From an uncultured virus (IMG/VR IMGVR_UViG_3300005611_000005) (lineage: Duplodnaviria; Heunggongvirae; Uroviricota; Caudoviricetes): DNA of 52,050 nt. A program made the translations under genes and the position numbers. The stretch lies in IMG/VR virus record IMGVR_UViG_3300005611_000005; one strand, written 5' to 3'. Under the pieces are notes generated by a model. It did not search any database and had not been told where the DNA came from. It saw only the letters and a list, made by a program, of their open reading frames with translations. This document shows positions 20,361-30,583 of this stretch, in pieces (position 1 is the stretch's first letter; every line of letters begins with the position of its first letter).

Positions 20361-21463
20361 TGAATACATTAAAACTGGAGACAAATTTACTTAAAGTTTC
20401 AAAGCCGTATGAGTATCAACCAGGTGATATGGTTCGAAACATCAATCCTTCATGTACACATTTTCGATCAACAGGAAAGGTATTGTATGTACACGATAAC
20501 GGAGACATTACATATCAAGTAATGAATAATGGAGCTACGTATACTGTAGGAGATGAGCTTACTAAATCAGAAGATCAGCTTTTAAAAGTTCATATGCGAA
20601 CTCCTAGACCTGGTTATGGAAATTTTACAAATGAATGTGTAGTAGCTAAAGTTCCTGTTGAAAATAAAACGGTATTAGCAAAAAATCGAGATCGAGCGTA
20701 TAAAGCAGAAATTGAAATTATACATGAACTAATCAATGGAGTTGAATGCGTATATCTTCATGATAAATTAACTGATTGGTCTGAAGGATTAAATGAATAT
20801 GGAATTGGAGTTATTAACGCGTCTCTAATGGTTGATTTTGATGAAAAAGAAGGAAAGCTGGCCAAAGAAAAAGAATCTAAAGGTAAATCTACAAAGCCAT
20901 CATATGATGGATTAAAAATACGAACTGCTTTATCAAAAAAGAAATTGTCTGAAGCTGTACGATCTATTATAGCATTTAAAGGAGCTGATACTAACGACGT
21001 AGGAGTAAAAGGCCAAACTATAGTTAGTAATCCATCGTATTCATTTATAATTGAAATGACTTCGAAACATTTACCTAGCATAAAACGAATTAAATCTGAT
21101 GATGTGTTAGTGCGAACTAATCATGGTGTAGATTATAAAGACGCAGGATATACTTCGGGTATTAAACGAACTTCTTCAGAATCTAGAATGGCAATAGCTC
21201 GTCAGAAATTGAAAGCAGTTAAATCGGTAAAAGATGTATTATCTGTTCTTTCTAAACAATATACTAAAGATAATTTTCTAAACCCATATCGACGTAAGAA
21301 TAAATTTAATATGCATACTACATCACAGATCATGTTGAATTTGTCTGATTTAGAATTTCATCTTACTCATGATATTGATTTTTCAGATTTTCAAGGATAT
21401 GTAAATAAATTACCAAAAGGATATCAACCAAAAATTAAAGTGTATGTCGACAAAACAGATTGA
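20360..21463 (+). CDS. Ntn-hydrolase (C45/choloylglycine hydrolase-like) with N-terminal extension
   Basis: CVVAK...LAKNRD, EGLNEYG, TNH motifs. Confidence 0.7.
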   Translation: MNTLKLETNLLKVSKPYEYQPGDMVRNINPSCTHFRSTGKVLYVHDNGDITYQVMNNGATYTVGDELTKSEDQLLKVHMRTPRPGYGNFTNECVVAKVPVENKTVLAKNRDRAYKAEIEIIHELINGVECVYLHDKLTDWSEGLNEYGIGVINASLMVDFDEKEGKLAKEKESKGKSTKPSYDGLKIRTALSKKKLSEAVRSIIAFKGADTNDVGVKGQTIVSNPSYSFIIEMTSKHLPSIKRIKSDDVLVRTNHGVDYKDAGYTSGIKRTSSESRMAIARQKLKAVKSVKDVLSVLSKQYTKDNFLNPYRRKNKFNMHTTSQIMLNLSDLEFHLTHDIDFSDFQGYVNKLPKGYQPKIKVYVDKTD

Positions 21464-21659
21464 TTTGCGAAACTATTTTGAAGATTTAATGTTGGATACA
21501 TATGATCTTGCTTCATCTAAAAAACGAACCATTTGGGACGATGAACTTACTACAGAGCGTAAAATAGCATTTTTAGAACGATTAATTGATTATTTTCAAG
21601 AGCGAGAAGATTATGAAAAATGCGATAAACTTCAGAAAAAAATAAATCGAATGCAATAA
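21444..21659 (+). CDS. small protein with UVR (UvrB/C)-like motif
   Basis: EDYEKCDKLQKKI. Confidence 0.55.
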   Translation: MSTKQIDLRNYFEDLMLDTYDLASSKKRTIWDDELTTERKIAFLERLIDYFQEREDYEKCDKLQKKINRMQ

Positions 21660-21719
21660 ACAACTATGAATTTACAATAGTACATATTTATTTCATATAA
21701 ACCCTTTAAACTTAAATTT

Positions 21720-21908
21720 ATGGAAAAGACAGTTTTTGAACTATTTAACGAAATGAAGCCATTGTGGGCTGAATTCGAATCAAATCACCAAGTTTTCGAA
21801 GAAAAAGGAAACAAGGCAGCTGCAGGACGTGCACGTAAAGCTATTAACGAGCTTAAAAAGCATGTAACGCTTTACAAGAAAGCTTCTGTCGCAGCTGGTA
21901 AAAAATAA
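21720..21908 (+). CDS. Hc1-family histone-like protein
   Basis: KGNKAAAGRARKA...KK..S signature. Confidence 0.75.
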   Translation: MEKTVFELFNEMKPLWAEFESNHQVFEEKGNKAAAGRARKAINELKKHVTLYKKASVAAGKK

Positions 21909-21932
21909 TAAACGTAATATGAACGAGAGGGC

Positions 21933-22226
21933 ATGAAAAAATCAGAATTTAGACAATTAATTAGAGAAGAAATTAACCAGGTAATAAAAACTGAATCTTT
22001 ACAATTAGTAAATGAAGTGTATGATTTAGAGCAAGTTAAATATAGCCCTCTCGTTCGTAAACGATTAAACATGTTAATCGACACTATTAAAAAGACATCT
22101 AATTTACGAAAAGTGCAAGTTGCATCAATTTTAAATGATATAATTCTAGCACTAGATTTAAATAAAACCGAAATGACGATGTATATGAATATGATTCGTC
22201 GTTATCGCGGCAAATATGATTTCTGA
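21933..22226 (+). CDS. hypothetical protein with MKKSEFRQLIREEI leader
   Basis: Shared leader. Confidence 0.7.
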   Translation: MKKSEFRQLIREEINQVIKTESLQLVNEVYDLEQVKYSPLVRKRLNMLIDTIKKTSNLRKVQVASILNDIILALDLNKTEMTMYMNMIRRYRGKYDF

Positions 22227-22254
22227 TGTCGAACCAATTAAAGAAGCATGAAAG

Positions 22255-22467
22255 ATGATTCTAACCCAGACAGTTTGGAGAAAACGATTGAATTCAGTAA
22301 TACTGATGCTAGCAGTCTTTTTCAACCCACTTGGCTTCGACGCTGCTTTCAAGCTTGTACTAGATTGGACCAATTCTTATTGGGGTACAGCTGCAATTTT
22401 CTATGGTATCTCAGCTTCGTTTTTTATATTGTATTACTTTTTAACTAGAAAAAATGAAGCTAACTGA
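22255..22467 (+). CDS. small membrane protein
   Basis: Two hydrophobic helices; FFNPLGFD. Confidence 0.6.
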   Translation: MILTQTVWRKRLNSVILMLAVFFNPLGFDAAFKLVLDWTNSYWGTAAIFYGISASFFILYYFLTRKNEAN

Positions 22468-22741
22468 ATTTAGAAAATTGATTCGAGAAGAAATTCAAAA
22501 AGCTATTAAAGAGTACGGAAGTTCTACTATGTATTTTACTCCGGGTGGTTTTGAACAAATGTCTCAGAACAAAGAGACGCAACTTCAACGATTTGATAAT
22601 CTTGAAAAATGGAAAATACGTGCAATGCAACTCGGAGCAGTTATTAAAGATCGAGGCGATGACGTTATTGCAGTAATGCCTAACCAAGATAAAATTGGAT
22701 CGTTTGATAAAATGATACAATCAGGACAACTTTATCTTTAA
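22454..22741 (+). CDS. hypothetical protein with MKLTEFRKLIREEI leader
   Basis: Shared leader. Confidence 0.7.
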   Translation: MKLTEFRKLIREEIQKAIKEYGSSTMYFTPGGFEQMSQNKETQLQRFDNLEKWKIRAMQLGAVIKDRGDDVIAVMPNQDKIGSFDKMIQSGQLYL

Positions 22742-22746
22742 TTACA

Positions 22747-22890
22747 ATGGCAAAAAAGACTTCAGGCGCAATTGAAAAAGTAACTTTCGGAAGAAAAAAG
22801 AACAGAAAAGGAATACATAGCAAATCTAAATCTTCGAAAATTAAAGCTTCGAAAAGTTACACGAAACGATATCGCGGACAAGGTAGATAA
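22747..22890 (+). CDS. small basic protein ending KRYRGQGR (not in ORF track)
   Basis: Hand translation: MAKKTSGAIEKVTFGRKKNRKGIHSKSKSSKIKASKSYTKRYRGQGR, 47 aa. Confidence 0.7.
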   Translation: MAKKTSGAIEKVTFGRKKNRKGIHSKSKSSKIKASKSYTKRYRGQGR

Positions 22891-22909
22891 CTTAAAAATT
22901 AAAATTGAA

Positions 22910-23287
22910 ATGGCAGCAGAATTTGAAAAAATGATATCATTACTTTTAAGCTCGCAAACGCAAGCGCATGTATATCATTTGCAAACTGAATCGTATGCAG
23001 AGCATAAAGCTTTGCAAAAGTATTATGAAGGTATTGACGCGCTAACTGACGGTTTAGCAGAATCATATCAAGGTAAATTTGGTATTATTAAAAACTATAC
23101 CAATTACAGTATTAATTCATACAAGTCAACAGCAGACGTTATTAAATACTTCAAAGCTTTACATAAAAATGTTGAAACTTTACGTAAAGATTCTGACGTA
23201 GAAGATAATACATATCTTCAAAATCAAATTGACACAGTTAATGAACTTATTGCATCTACTTTATATAAACTTTCCTATTTGAAGTAA
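22910..23287 (+). CDS. ferritin/Dps-like four-helix protein (DUF5856-like)
   Basis: H..HLQT.SYAEHKAL..YY....D.LAE.YQG. Confidence 0.75.
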   Translation: MAAEFEKMISLLLSSQTQAHVYHLQTESYAEHKALQKYYEGIDALTDGLAESYQGKFGIIKNYTNYSINSYKSTADVIKYFKALHKNVETLRKDSDVEDNTYLQNQIDTVNELIASTLYKLSYLK

Positions 23288-23374
23288 TTGAAATTCGGTT
23301 ATGAAATTTTCTATTGATGCATGTGATATTGATAATTTATCAATGACCCTGTATATTTTATTATCTAATATAAG

Positions 23375-23539
23375 ATGAAACATTCTAAAGTTAAGAATCG
23401 TTTGAAATCATACTCGAATATTCGTCAGTATGATATTCATCATGATGATTTTGCTATGGATTCTAGCGACTTTGAATATGAAGAACGCAGAAGAAAGCAA
23501 AAACTAAAATCGAAAAAATCTACTAGATCGCAAGAGTAA
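23375..23539 (+). CDS. hypothetical small protein (not in ORF track)
   Basis: 54-aa ORF MKHSKVKNRL... fills the intergenic gap. Confidence 0.4.
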   Translation: MKHSKVKNRLKSYSNIRQYDIHHDDFAMDSSDFEYEERRRKQKLKSKKSTRSQE

Positions 23540-23615
23540 CTGACTACATTTGGCCAGTGCTGAAATACAACTGTTTTGTTGAAATTTCATATTTATTTTA
23601 AAGTAATCAATTGAT

Positions 23616-25355
23616 ATGAATGAAGATCTACGAGACTGGTTCGGTAAAGGAGGCAAAGGTGGAGTCGGCGGCGGAGGCTGGGATCGGTACAATTCATCAG
23701 GAGATAGAGTAGGTAAATGTGGCGACGCTAAAGAAGGTGATGCATATTCTGCTTGTCTATCTAAAGAAAAAGCACGAAAATTAGGAAAGGCTGGACGAGC
23801 GGCTTTTGTGAAAAGAAAACGAGCGGCTCAGAAAAAAGGAGGTGATGCTAAGAAAGGTGGCGAACGTTCAAAAGGTCAAAAGCCCATCAAAGTTAAAACA
23901 GAAAATTTCGCTGACGGTAAAAAACCAGGACGTAAAGGATTATCAAAACGTGTCGGTGTTAGTCAAAAAATGTCAATAGCACAGTTAGAAAAAATTGCAA
24001 AGACTGCCACTGGAGAACGTCGACGCATGGCACAGTGGAATTTAAATATGAAACGCGGTCGTATGAAAGAAGAATATTCTAAAGAATTAAATGAACGTAT
24101 AAAAATTATCGTAAGAGACGTAATTAATAAAATGGTACGTGGTGGATTCGGATCTCGCACTCCAGTACAAATGCGTGATGAAATTAAAGATAAATTAGCA
24201 GCGGTAATAAAACCTATTTTAAATAAATACGATTACATAACTGAAAATGATTCAGATTCATTAAAAGAAGATCAAATGGTTTCTCAACAAACTTTAAATA
24301 AAATTAAGTCGTATAAAATATCATATGGAAAATTCAATCAGAAAATGAAAACTGACTGGATTCCTATGTGGAAAGAAGAGTATGGCAATGACACAGCTCG
24401 CATTAATGAACTAGTTGCCCGTCAGTTATTATATCAAATATCAGAAGATTTATTTGGTGGGGTTGAAGAAATAGAATTTGCAAATAAATCTAAGAAACCT
24501 ACAAATCATTTTCAAATGAATATGTATTTAGGTGATGTAATTTTATGGACTAGTCCTTTTATATACGTCGACAACAATCATAAAGCTATCGCCAGACGAT
24601 CTGAAATTAAAGTTTTAAATAACGATTATGATGACATAGCGGTTCTAAAAGAAGCAGACGATCCGCAAGCAGGTAAATCAGCACCTTATGGTTCAGGATA
24701 CAAAAAAGTTAATGAAGTAGGTGATTCTTCGGCTCAACCATATAAGTATAAATTAAATGCCGAAACTTATTATAAAGTTGAATATACATTTACTACTGAT
24801 TCTGGTTTAGATTACATAGTTAAATTTGACCTAGATGATGATATGGCAGATGTAGTTTTTTTAACGAAACAATCTTTAGATATTGCAAGGTCAGGAGGTA
24901 AAAATGCATTTCTTCAAACGTTTAGCAAAGGAGAACTTTTTAAAGTTATGGCTACCATAACTAATATTGTTAAGGAATTTTTAGAAAAATATACTGACAT
25001 TAAAACGTTAGTTATATCTCCATCTAAAGAAGATGATACCGATAATCGAAGAGCTAAGTTATACTCAGCTTTTATTAAAAAGAATATTGTTTCTAGCAAA
25101 TATTCATTTAAAGAAAATGGAAAAGAAATGATTATTACGAGAAATTCAGTTAATGAAGCTCGAGCCCATAGACGTAAATTAGTTAATGAACTTAATTTAT
25201 TTTTAGAAACAAACGTACCGACTCAACCTGATAAATGGTCATATGCCAAGTCGCAAGCCAAGAAAAAATTCGATGTATATCCATCTGCATATGCCAATGC
25301 ATGGGCTGCCAAAAAGTATAAAGAATTAGGCGGCGGCTGGAGAAAGAAAAAATAA
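23616..25355 (+). CDS. mosaic multi-module phage protein (C-terminal DUF5872-like)
   Basis: Basic Gly-rich N-terminus; C-terminal KKFDVYPSAYANAWAAKKYKELGGGW. Confidence 0.7.
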   Translation: MNEDLRDWFGKGGKGGVGGGGWDRYNSSGDRVGKCGDAKEGDAYSACLSKEKARKLGKAGRAAFVKRKRAAQKKGGDAKKGGERSKGQKPIKVKTENFADGKKPGRKGLSKRVGVSQKMSIAQLEKIAKTATGERRRMAQWNLNMKRGRMKEEYSKELNERIKIIVRDVINKMVRGGFGSRTPVQMRDEIKDKLAAVIKPILNKYDYITENDSDSLKEDQMVSQQTLNKIKSYKISYGKFNQKMKTDWIPMWKEEYGNDTARINELVARQLLYQISEDLFGGVEEIEFANKSKKPTNHFQMNMYLGDVILWTSPFIYVDNNHKAIARRSEIKVLNNDYDDIAVLKEADDPQAGKSAPYGSGYKKVNEVGDSSAQPYKYKLNAETYYKVEYTFTTDSGLDYIVKFDLDDDMADVVFLTKQSLDIARSGGKNAFLQTFSKGELFKVMATITNIVKEFLEKYTDIKTLVISPSKEDDTDNRRAKLYSAFIKKNIVSSKYSFKENGKEMIITRNSVNEARAHRRKLVNELNLFLETNVPTQPDKWSYAKSQAKKKFDVYPSAYANAWAAKKYKELGGGWRKKK

Positions 25356-25360
25356 TTGCA

Positions 25361-25603
25361 ATGATCAAACTTAAAGACATATTAGCAGAAGATTGTTGGA
25401 AAGGGTATCGTCAAGTCGGTATGAAAAAGAAAGGTAAACGCATGGTACCTAATTGCGTTCCAGTAAAGGAAGATGTAGGAGACGATTTTGATAGACTGCA
25501 ATATTATTTACAATACATTAAAAATGTAGTACCAAGCTCTTTTTCCGTACATGCAGAATCTGATTCTATTATAATTAAATTACCAAAAATTGATAATTAT
25601 TAA
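25361..25603 (+). CDS. hypothetical protein with MIKLKDILAE leader
   Basis: Leader followed by CWKGY...VPNCVP module. Confidence 0.7.
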   Translation: MIKLKDILAEDCWKGYRQVGMKKKGKRMVPNCVPVKEDVGDDFDRLQYYLQYIKNVVPSSFSVHAESDSIIIKLPKIDNY

Positions 25604-25631
25604 TAACCGTTAAACGAATACAATTAAAGAT

Positions 25632-26249
25632 ATGGAATATGTGGTACCAATAATCGTTGCGTTTATAACAGCTGTCATCGGACCTTCAGTATTAGAATGG
25701 GTTCGAAATAAATTTAAAGAACGATCGGCTACAAAATCTCCTATACAAGAAGCTTTAGAATTAAATGAACGAGTCGACTCGCAACTGGAACAACTACTTC
25801 ATGAACTGGAATGTGATCGTATATGGATAGCACAATTTCATAATGGAGGTCATTTCTATCCTACCGGAAAATCAATACAAAAGTTTTCGATATTTTACGA
25901 AAAAGTTTCTGCAGGAGTCAATTCCATACAACATACATATCAAAACATACCAGTTTCGCTATTTCCAAAAGCATTTTCGAAAATTTACAAAGATGAAGAG
26001 TTGTCAATTGACAGTGTCGATGAAGATGATCAATTGTATGATTTAGGCAATTTTGCTAGGAACTGTGGAACAAAATCCTTATATTTCGTACCGATATATT
26101 CATTAAACTCGAATATGATAGGAATTTTATCTATTTCATACAATACGAAAGAATATAAATTAACGCAAGAAGATCGCACGTATATATTTTCTAAAGCCGG
26201 AGCGATAGGAGCCCTGTTAGAAGAATATTTAAAAACTAAAAAATCATGA
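25632..26249 (+). CDS. N-terminal TM plus GAF-like domain protein (possible T-holin-like)
   Basis: Hydrophobic residues ~4-21; L.CDR..IAQFHNG; S..FVPI....IGILSI GAF-like strands. Confidence 0.6.
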   Translation: MEYVVPIIVAFITAVIGPSVLEWVRNKFKERSATKSPIQEALELNERVDSQLEQLLHELECDRIWIAQFHNGGHFYPTGKSIQKFSIFYEKVSAGVNSIQHTYQNIPVSLFPKAFSKIYKDEELSIDSVDEDDQLYDLGNFARNCGTKSLYFVPIYSLNSNMIGILSISYNTKEYKLTQEDRTYIFSKAGAIGALLEEYLKTKKS

Positions 26250-26491
26250 ATATCGCATTAAGAAATTTAATTCGTAACGAAACTTATAAAATTTTAGATG
26301 AGCTAAAATTGGTTAATGAAACTGTATACAAGCTTCGAACTGACTCCGTAACCGTTAGCGTCGATTCGGATAATCAGAAACTAGTTACATTGAAAGCAGA
26401 TCAGGGTACGGAACTAACTATGACTACAGAAGAGTTTGTAAAAATAGCTCGTTTTCTTAGAAAAAACGGAATTATTACTGATAAAATTTAA
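26246..26491 (+). CDS. hypothetical protein with LRNLIRNE leader variant
   Basis: Coupled ORF. Confidence 0.6.
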   Translation: MNIALRNLIRNETYKILDELKLVNETVYKLRTDSVTVSVDSDNQKLVTLKADQGTELTMTTEEFVKIARFLRKNGIITDKI

Positions 26492-26514
26492 TCTGCATAC
26501 ATAAACTCTTCATC

Positions 26515-29500
26515 ATGAAACGATTACTATTATTTCTACTACTCCTTGTAGCAAACTATTCATTTGCACAACCTGGTGGTAATTGTCCAAATGCCGATTT
26601 CTCCATGAATGGATTTCAAAACTGGGTTGGTGGGATTGGCAACTGCTGTCCTATTGTGATTACGAATCCAAACACCATTCAAAATGGTCGTCATACCATT
26701 ATGACTCCTGGTCTAGACCCCATTATTAATGCTCTAACAAGAACACCTCCTGGCACTCCTCAATCCGCTCGCTTAGGGAACAGTCAGGTAGGGGCTCAGG
26801 CGGAAAGTTTAACCTACTCGTTTACGGTTTCTCAGCAAAATGCTCTATTTATATATAGGTATGCGGTGGTATTACAAGACCCAGGTCACCCACCTATTGC
26901 TCAACCTCGTTTTGAAATGCAAGTTAGAAATCAAAACGGAGGCATTATTCCTTGCACATTTTATCAAGTAGCTGCTGGCAACAACATCCCAGGTTTTGTA
27001 AACCAAGGTCAGGTTCGGTGGAGAAACTGGACCACAACCGGCGTCAATCTGTTGAATTATGTGGGTCAGGTTGTTACAATTGAAGCTAGAACGGGTGACT
27101 GCGATTATTCTGGTCACTATGGTTATGCATATTTAGCCGCCGAATGCCGCCCACTTCAAATTGATATCACTTATTGTGTAGGAGATACAGTTGCTACCTT
27201 AGTTGCTCCTCCGGGGTTTGTGGGTTACCAATGGTCAAATGGAGCTACCACTCAGCAAATTTCAATTGTGAATCCTACCTGGGGTCAGAATGTATATCAA
27301 GTTACATTGACTTCAGCTACCGGTTGTACAGCTCAACTTTCTGCAAATATCAACCCTGTATTACCAAATGCTCATTTTAATTGGCAAAGTCTATGTAATG
27401 GCCAAATACAATTTAACGATTCTACCGTAATACCAGGAGTTCAGCCCGCTGTATGGAATTGGTCCTTTGGTGATGGAGGCCAATCATCATTCCAGAATCC
27501 AATTCATACATATCAGAGTCCAGGCCCATACAATGTTACTTTAATTTCATCAGCTCAGGTTGGCTGTGAAGATACTGTCACATTACCAATAGTAGTACCT
27601 CCAATTCCTTATGCCAATTTCAATATCGATACCCTTTGTGGTTTAACTAAAAACTTTACAGATCAATCCACAATTGCTAACCCTGGCGGTATTGTTTCTT
27701 GGTTTTGGGACTTTGGGGACGGTACTACAGATACTATTCAAAATACATCGCATACCTATTCTTCACCAGGTAATTTCAACGTAACTTTAATCGTAACTGA
27801 CAGTGTAGGATGTTCAGATACTATTACCAAACCTGTCATAATTAACTCAATACCTCAAGCCAGCTTTACAACGCAAAACGTATGTGCTGGTCAGAATATG
27901 CCATTTACTAATACTTCAACTATTTTAGGAGGTGGATTAATGAACCACTCTTGGAATTTTGGTAATGGCGCAACTTCAATACAAACATCTCCATGGTATC
28001 AATACCCTAATCCAGGTACCTATACAGTAACTTTAATTGTAACAGGCCCTGGTGGATGTAAAGATACTGCAACTCAACAAGTGACCGTTAATCCTATACC
28101 AGTAGCGGCCTTTACATTACCGAATACATGCGGACTAAGTGATACAATAACAAATATATCAACAGTTTCTCCTCCAGCACAAATAACCTCCTATCAATGG
28201 AATTTAGGAAATGGACAAACCTCTAACCAACAGAATCCTATTTACAATTATGCTAATCCCGGTGTATATAATGTTACGCTAACTGTCACTTCAACTGGTG
28301 GATGTACTGACTCAGAAACTCAGCCACTTACAATTAATTCAATACCGGTAGCTTCGTTTACTGCTCCGCAAACTTGTCATGGAAATGCAGTGCCATTTAC
28401 TAATACATCAACTATTTTAGGTAATGCCAACTTAAACTATCAATGGAATTTTGGTAATGGTAATACTTCTAATCAAACAAATCCTACTCAACTTTATGCC
28501 AATCCAGGACAGTATTTAGTAACATTAATAGTAACAGGTCCAGGCTCATGCTCTGATACAGTTACTCAAACTGTTAATGTACCACCAACCCCAGTTGCTA
28601 ATATTAGTATTCCTGATTCATGCGGATTGGCGGGCCAGTTATCAAGTACCTCAATTATAGCCCCTCCTGGATTTATTACTTCATATCAATGGGACTTAGG
28701 TAATGGCCAAACAGCTAATCAACCAAACACTAATTACAATTATAATAGTCCTGGAGTTTATAACGTTACCTTAATAGTAAGTTCTAATCAGGGATGTTCT
28801 GATACCATTACTCAACCTGTAACTATTTGGTCAATACCAACGGCTCAATTTACCCATACACCTACATGCTATGGAATACCTTTTAACTTTACCGACCAAT
28901 CAACAATAACCAATTCTCAGATAATAGGATGGAATTGGTCTTTGGGAAATGGACAAACTTCTAACCAACAGAATCCTAGTCATTTTTACAATACTAATGG
29001 TCAATATCCAGTACAATTAATTGTAACGGGTCAAGGTGGATGTACAGATACAGTTACCGATGTTATAACAGTATATCCTAAACCAACTGCAGCCTTTGTT
29101 CTTCCTGATTCGTGTGGAATGTCAGCTGCATTTACCGACTTGAGTTTATTTAATATTGCCTCTTGGAATTGGAATTTTGGCGATGGTAATACTTCTAATC
29201 AAACCAGTCCAACTCATGTATATCAAACTAACGGCACCTATCAAGTGCAATTAATTGTGCAAAATACAGACGGATGTTTAGACACTTTGGTTCAAGAGTA
29301 TAGAAATTATCATATTCCTATTGCTGATATTATCACTACAAATAACTGCTTAACTTACCCTACAGTTGTATTAGACAATTCAACAGTACAAAATAGTCAA
29401 ATTTCAACATGGAATTGGAGCGTAAACAATATCAACCAGACTTCACAGAATTTTAACAATACTTTTGCTTCGCCTGGAATTTATCAAGTCAATTTAGTAG

Positions 29501-30570
29501 TGACCTCAGTTGATGGGTGTATCGATTCTACTTCAGGTCAGTTTGAAGTTTATCCATTACCTTTCGTTAGTTTTATATCGCCCGATGAATGTGCTGGAGA
29601 TTCAGTTACCTTTACTAACTTATCAACTGGAGCAACTACATACCAATGGTATCTAAATGGTAATTTATTTTCTACCTCAACCAATCCTAAAAATGCTTAT
29701 CCATGGGGTCAATACCAGGTTCAATTAATTGGAACTAATCAATATGGATGTCAAGATAGTTTAATTCAATTGTTAACTGTACATCCAAGACCAATTCCAA
29801 GTTTTGGTGGTCAATTTGAAGGATGCATACCTTTACAAGTATTTTTAGATAACCAAACTACAATAGCTAACAACGGAATTATAAGTTCATATATATGGGA
29901 TATAGAAGGAACTACTTACTATACAGAAGACATAAATTTAACATACGGTTCAGTAGGAAATTATTCAGTTAGTTTAACCGCAATATCAGATAAAGGATGT
30001 GATTCAACTATTAGTTTTATTGATGTTATTAAAACATATCCTTTACCCAATGCTGAATTTGCATATTCACCTGAAAATCCGACGACTGCAAATACCAAAG
30101 TAGAATTTACAAATTTATCTCAAGGAAATTTATATAATACATGGGAAGTAATGTCTCAAACATTTACTGAAACTCATATTTCATATACATTTCCTGCAGA
30201 TACAGGTAGATATTTAATTTACCTTCATGTTGAAAATGAATATGGATGTACAGATTCAATTTACCATCCAATTTATATTAATTCTAATTTTACAGTATTT
30301 ATTCCCAACTCATTTACTCCAACCAGAGATGGATTAAATGATTCATTTAAAATTTACGGCACCGGAATTGTTGAAGCTGAAATGTTAGTTTTTGATAGAT
30401 GGGGTGAATTGATATCATCTTATAAAAATTTAGAACCTATGACTAAAGGTTGGGACGGTAGATATAATGGACAACCTGTAAAACAAGATGTTTATACTTA
30501 CAAAATCAAAGTTAGAGATTTCAAAGGCAAATGGCATGATTTTATAGGTCAGGTAAATTTATTGAAATGA
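26515..30570 (+). CDS. secreted PKD-repeat protein with T9SS type B (gliding-motility-associated) C-terminal domain
   Basis: Sec signal (MKRLLLFLLLLVANYSFA-Q); 8 clear W.[FL]G[DN]G PKD repeats plus ~4 degenerate; IPNSFTP..DGLND, FDRWG, GWDG, YTY. Confidence 0.9.
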   Translation: MKRLLLFLLLLVANYSFAQPGGNCPNADFSMNGFQNWVGGIGNCCPIVITNPNTIQNGRHTIMTPGLDPIINALTRTPPGTPQSARLGNSQVGAQAESLTYSFTVSQQNALFIYRYAVVLQDPGHPPIAQPRFEMQVRNQNGGIIPCTFYQVAAGNNIPGFVNQGQVRWRNWTTTGVNLLNYVGQVVTIEARTGDCDYSGHYGYAYLAAECRPLQIDITYCVGDTVATLVAPPGFVGYQWSNGATTQQISIVNPTWGQNVYQVTLTSATGCTAQLSANINPVLPNAHFNWQSLCNGQIQFNDSTVIPGVQPAVWNWSFGDGGQSSFQNPIHTYQSPGPYNVTLISSAQVGCEDTVTLPIVVPPIPYANFNIDTLCGLTKNFTDQSTIANPGGIVSWFWDFGDGTTDTIQNTSHTYSSPGNFNVTLIVTDSVGCSDTITKPVIINSIPQASFTTQNVCAGQNMPFTNTSTILGGGLMNHSWNFGNGATSIQTSPWYQYPNPGTYTVTLIVTGPGGCKDTATQQVTVNPIPVAAFTLPNTCGLSDTITNISTVSPPAQITSYQWNLGNGQTSNQQNPIYNYANPGVYNVTLTVTSTGGCTDSETQPLTINSIPVASFTAPQTCHGNAVPFTNTSTILGNANLNYQWNFGNGNTSNQTNPTQLYANPGQYLVTLIVTGPGSCSDTVTQTVNVPPTPVANISIPDSCGLAGQLSSTSIIAPPGFITSYQWDLGNGQTANQPNTNYNYNSPGVYNVTLIVSSNQGCSDTITQPVTIWSIPTAQFTHTPTCYGIPFNFTDQSTITNSQIIGWNWSLGNGQTSNQQNPSHFYNTNGQYPVQLIVTGQGGCTDTVTDVITVYPKPTAAFVLPDSCGMSAAFTDLSLFNIASWNWNFGDGNTSNQTSPTHVYQTNGTYQVQLIVQNTDGCLDTLVQEYRNYHIPIADIITTNNCLTYPTVVLDNSTVQNSQISTWNWSVNNINQTSQNFNNTFASPGIYQVNLVVTSVDGCIDSTSGQFEVYPLPFVSFISPDECAGDSVTFTNLSTGATTYQWYLNGNLFSTSTNPKNAYPWGQYQVQLIGTNQYGCQDSLIQLLTVHPRPIPSFGGQFEGCIPLQVFLDNQTTIANNGIISSYIWDIEGTTYYTEDINLTYGSVGNYSVSLTAISDKGCDSTISFIDVIKTYPLPNAEFAYSPENPTTANTKVEFTNLSQGNLYNTWEVMSQTFTETHISYTFPADTGRYLIYLHVENEYGCTDSIYHPIYINSNFTVFIPNSFTPTRDGLNDSFKIYGTGIVEAEMLVFDRWGELISSYKNLEPMTKGWDGRYNGQPVKQDVYTYKIKVRDFKGKWHDFIGQVNLLK

Positions 30571-30583
30571 TATTTATTATAAA

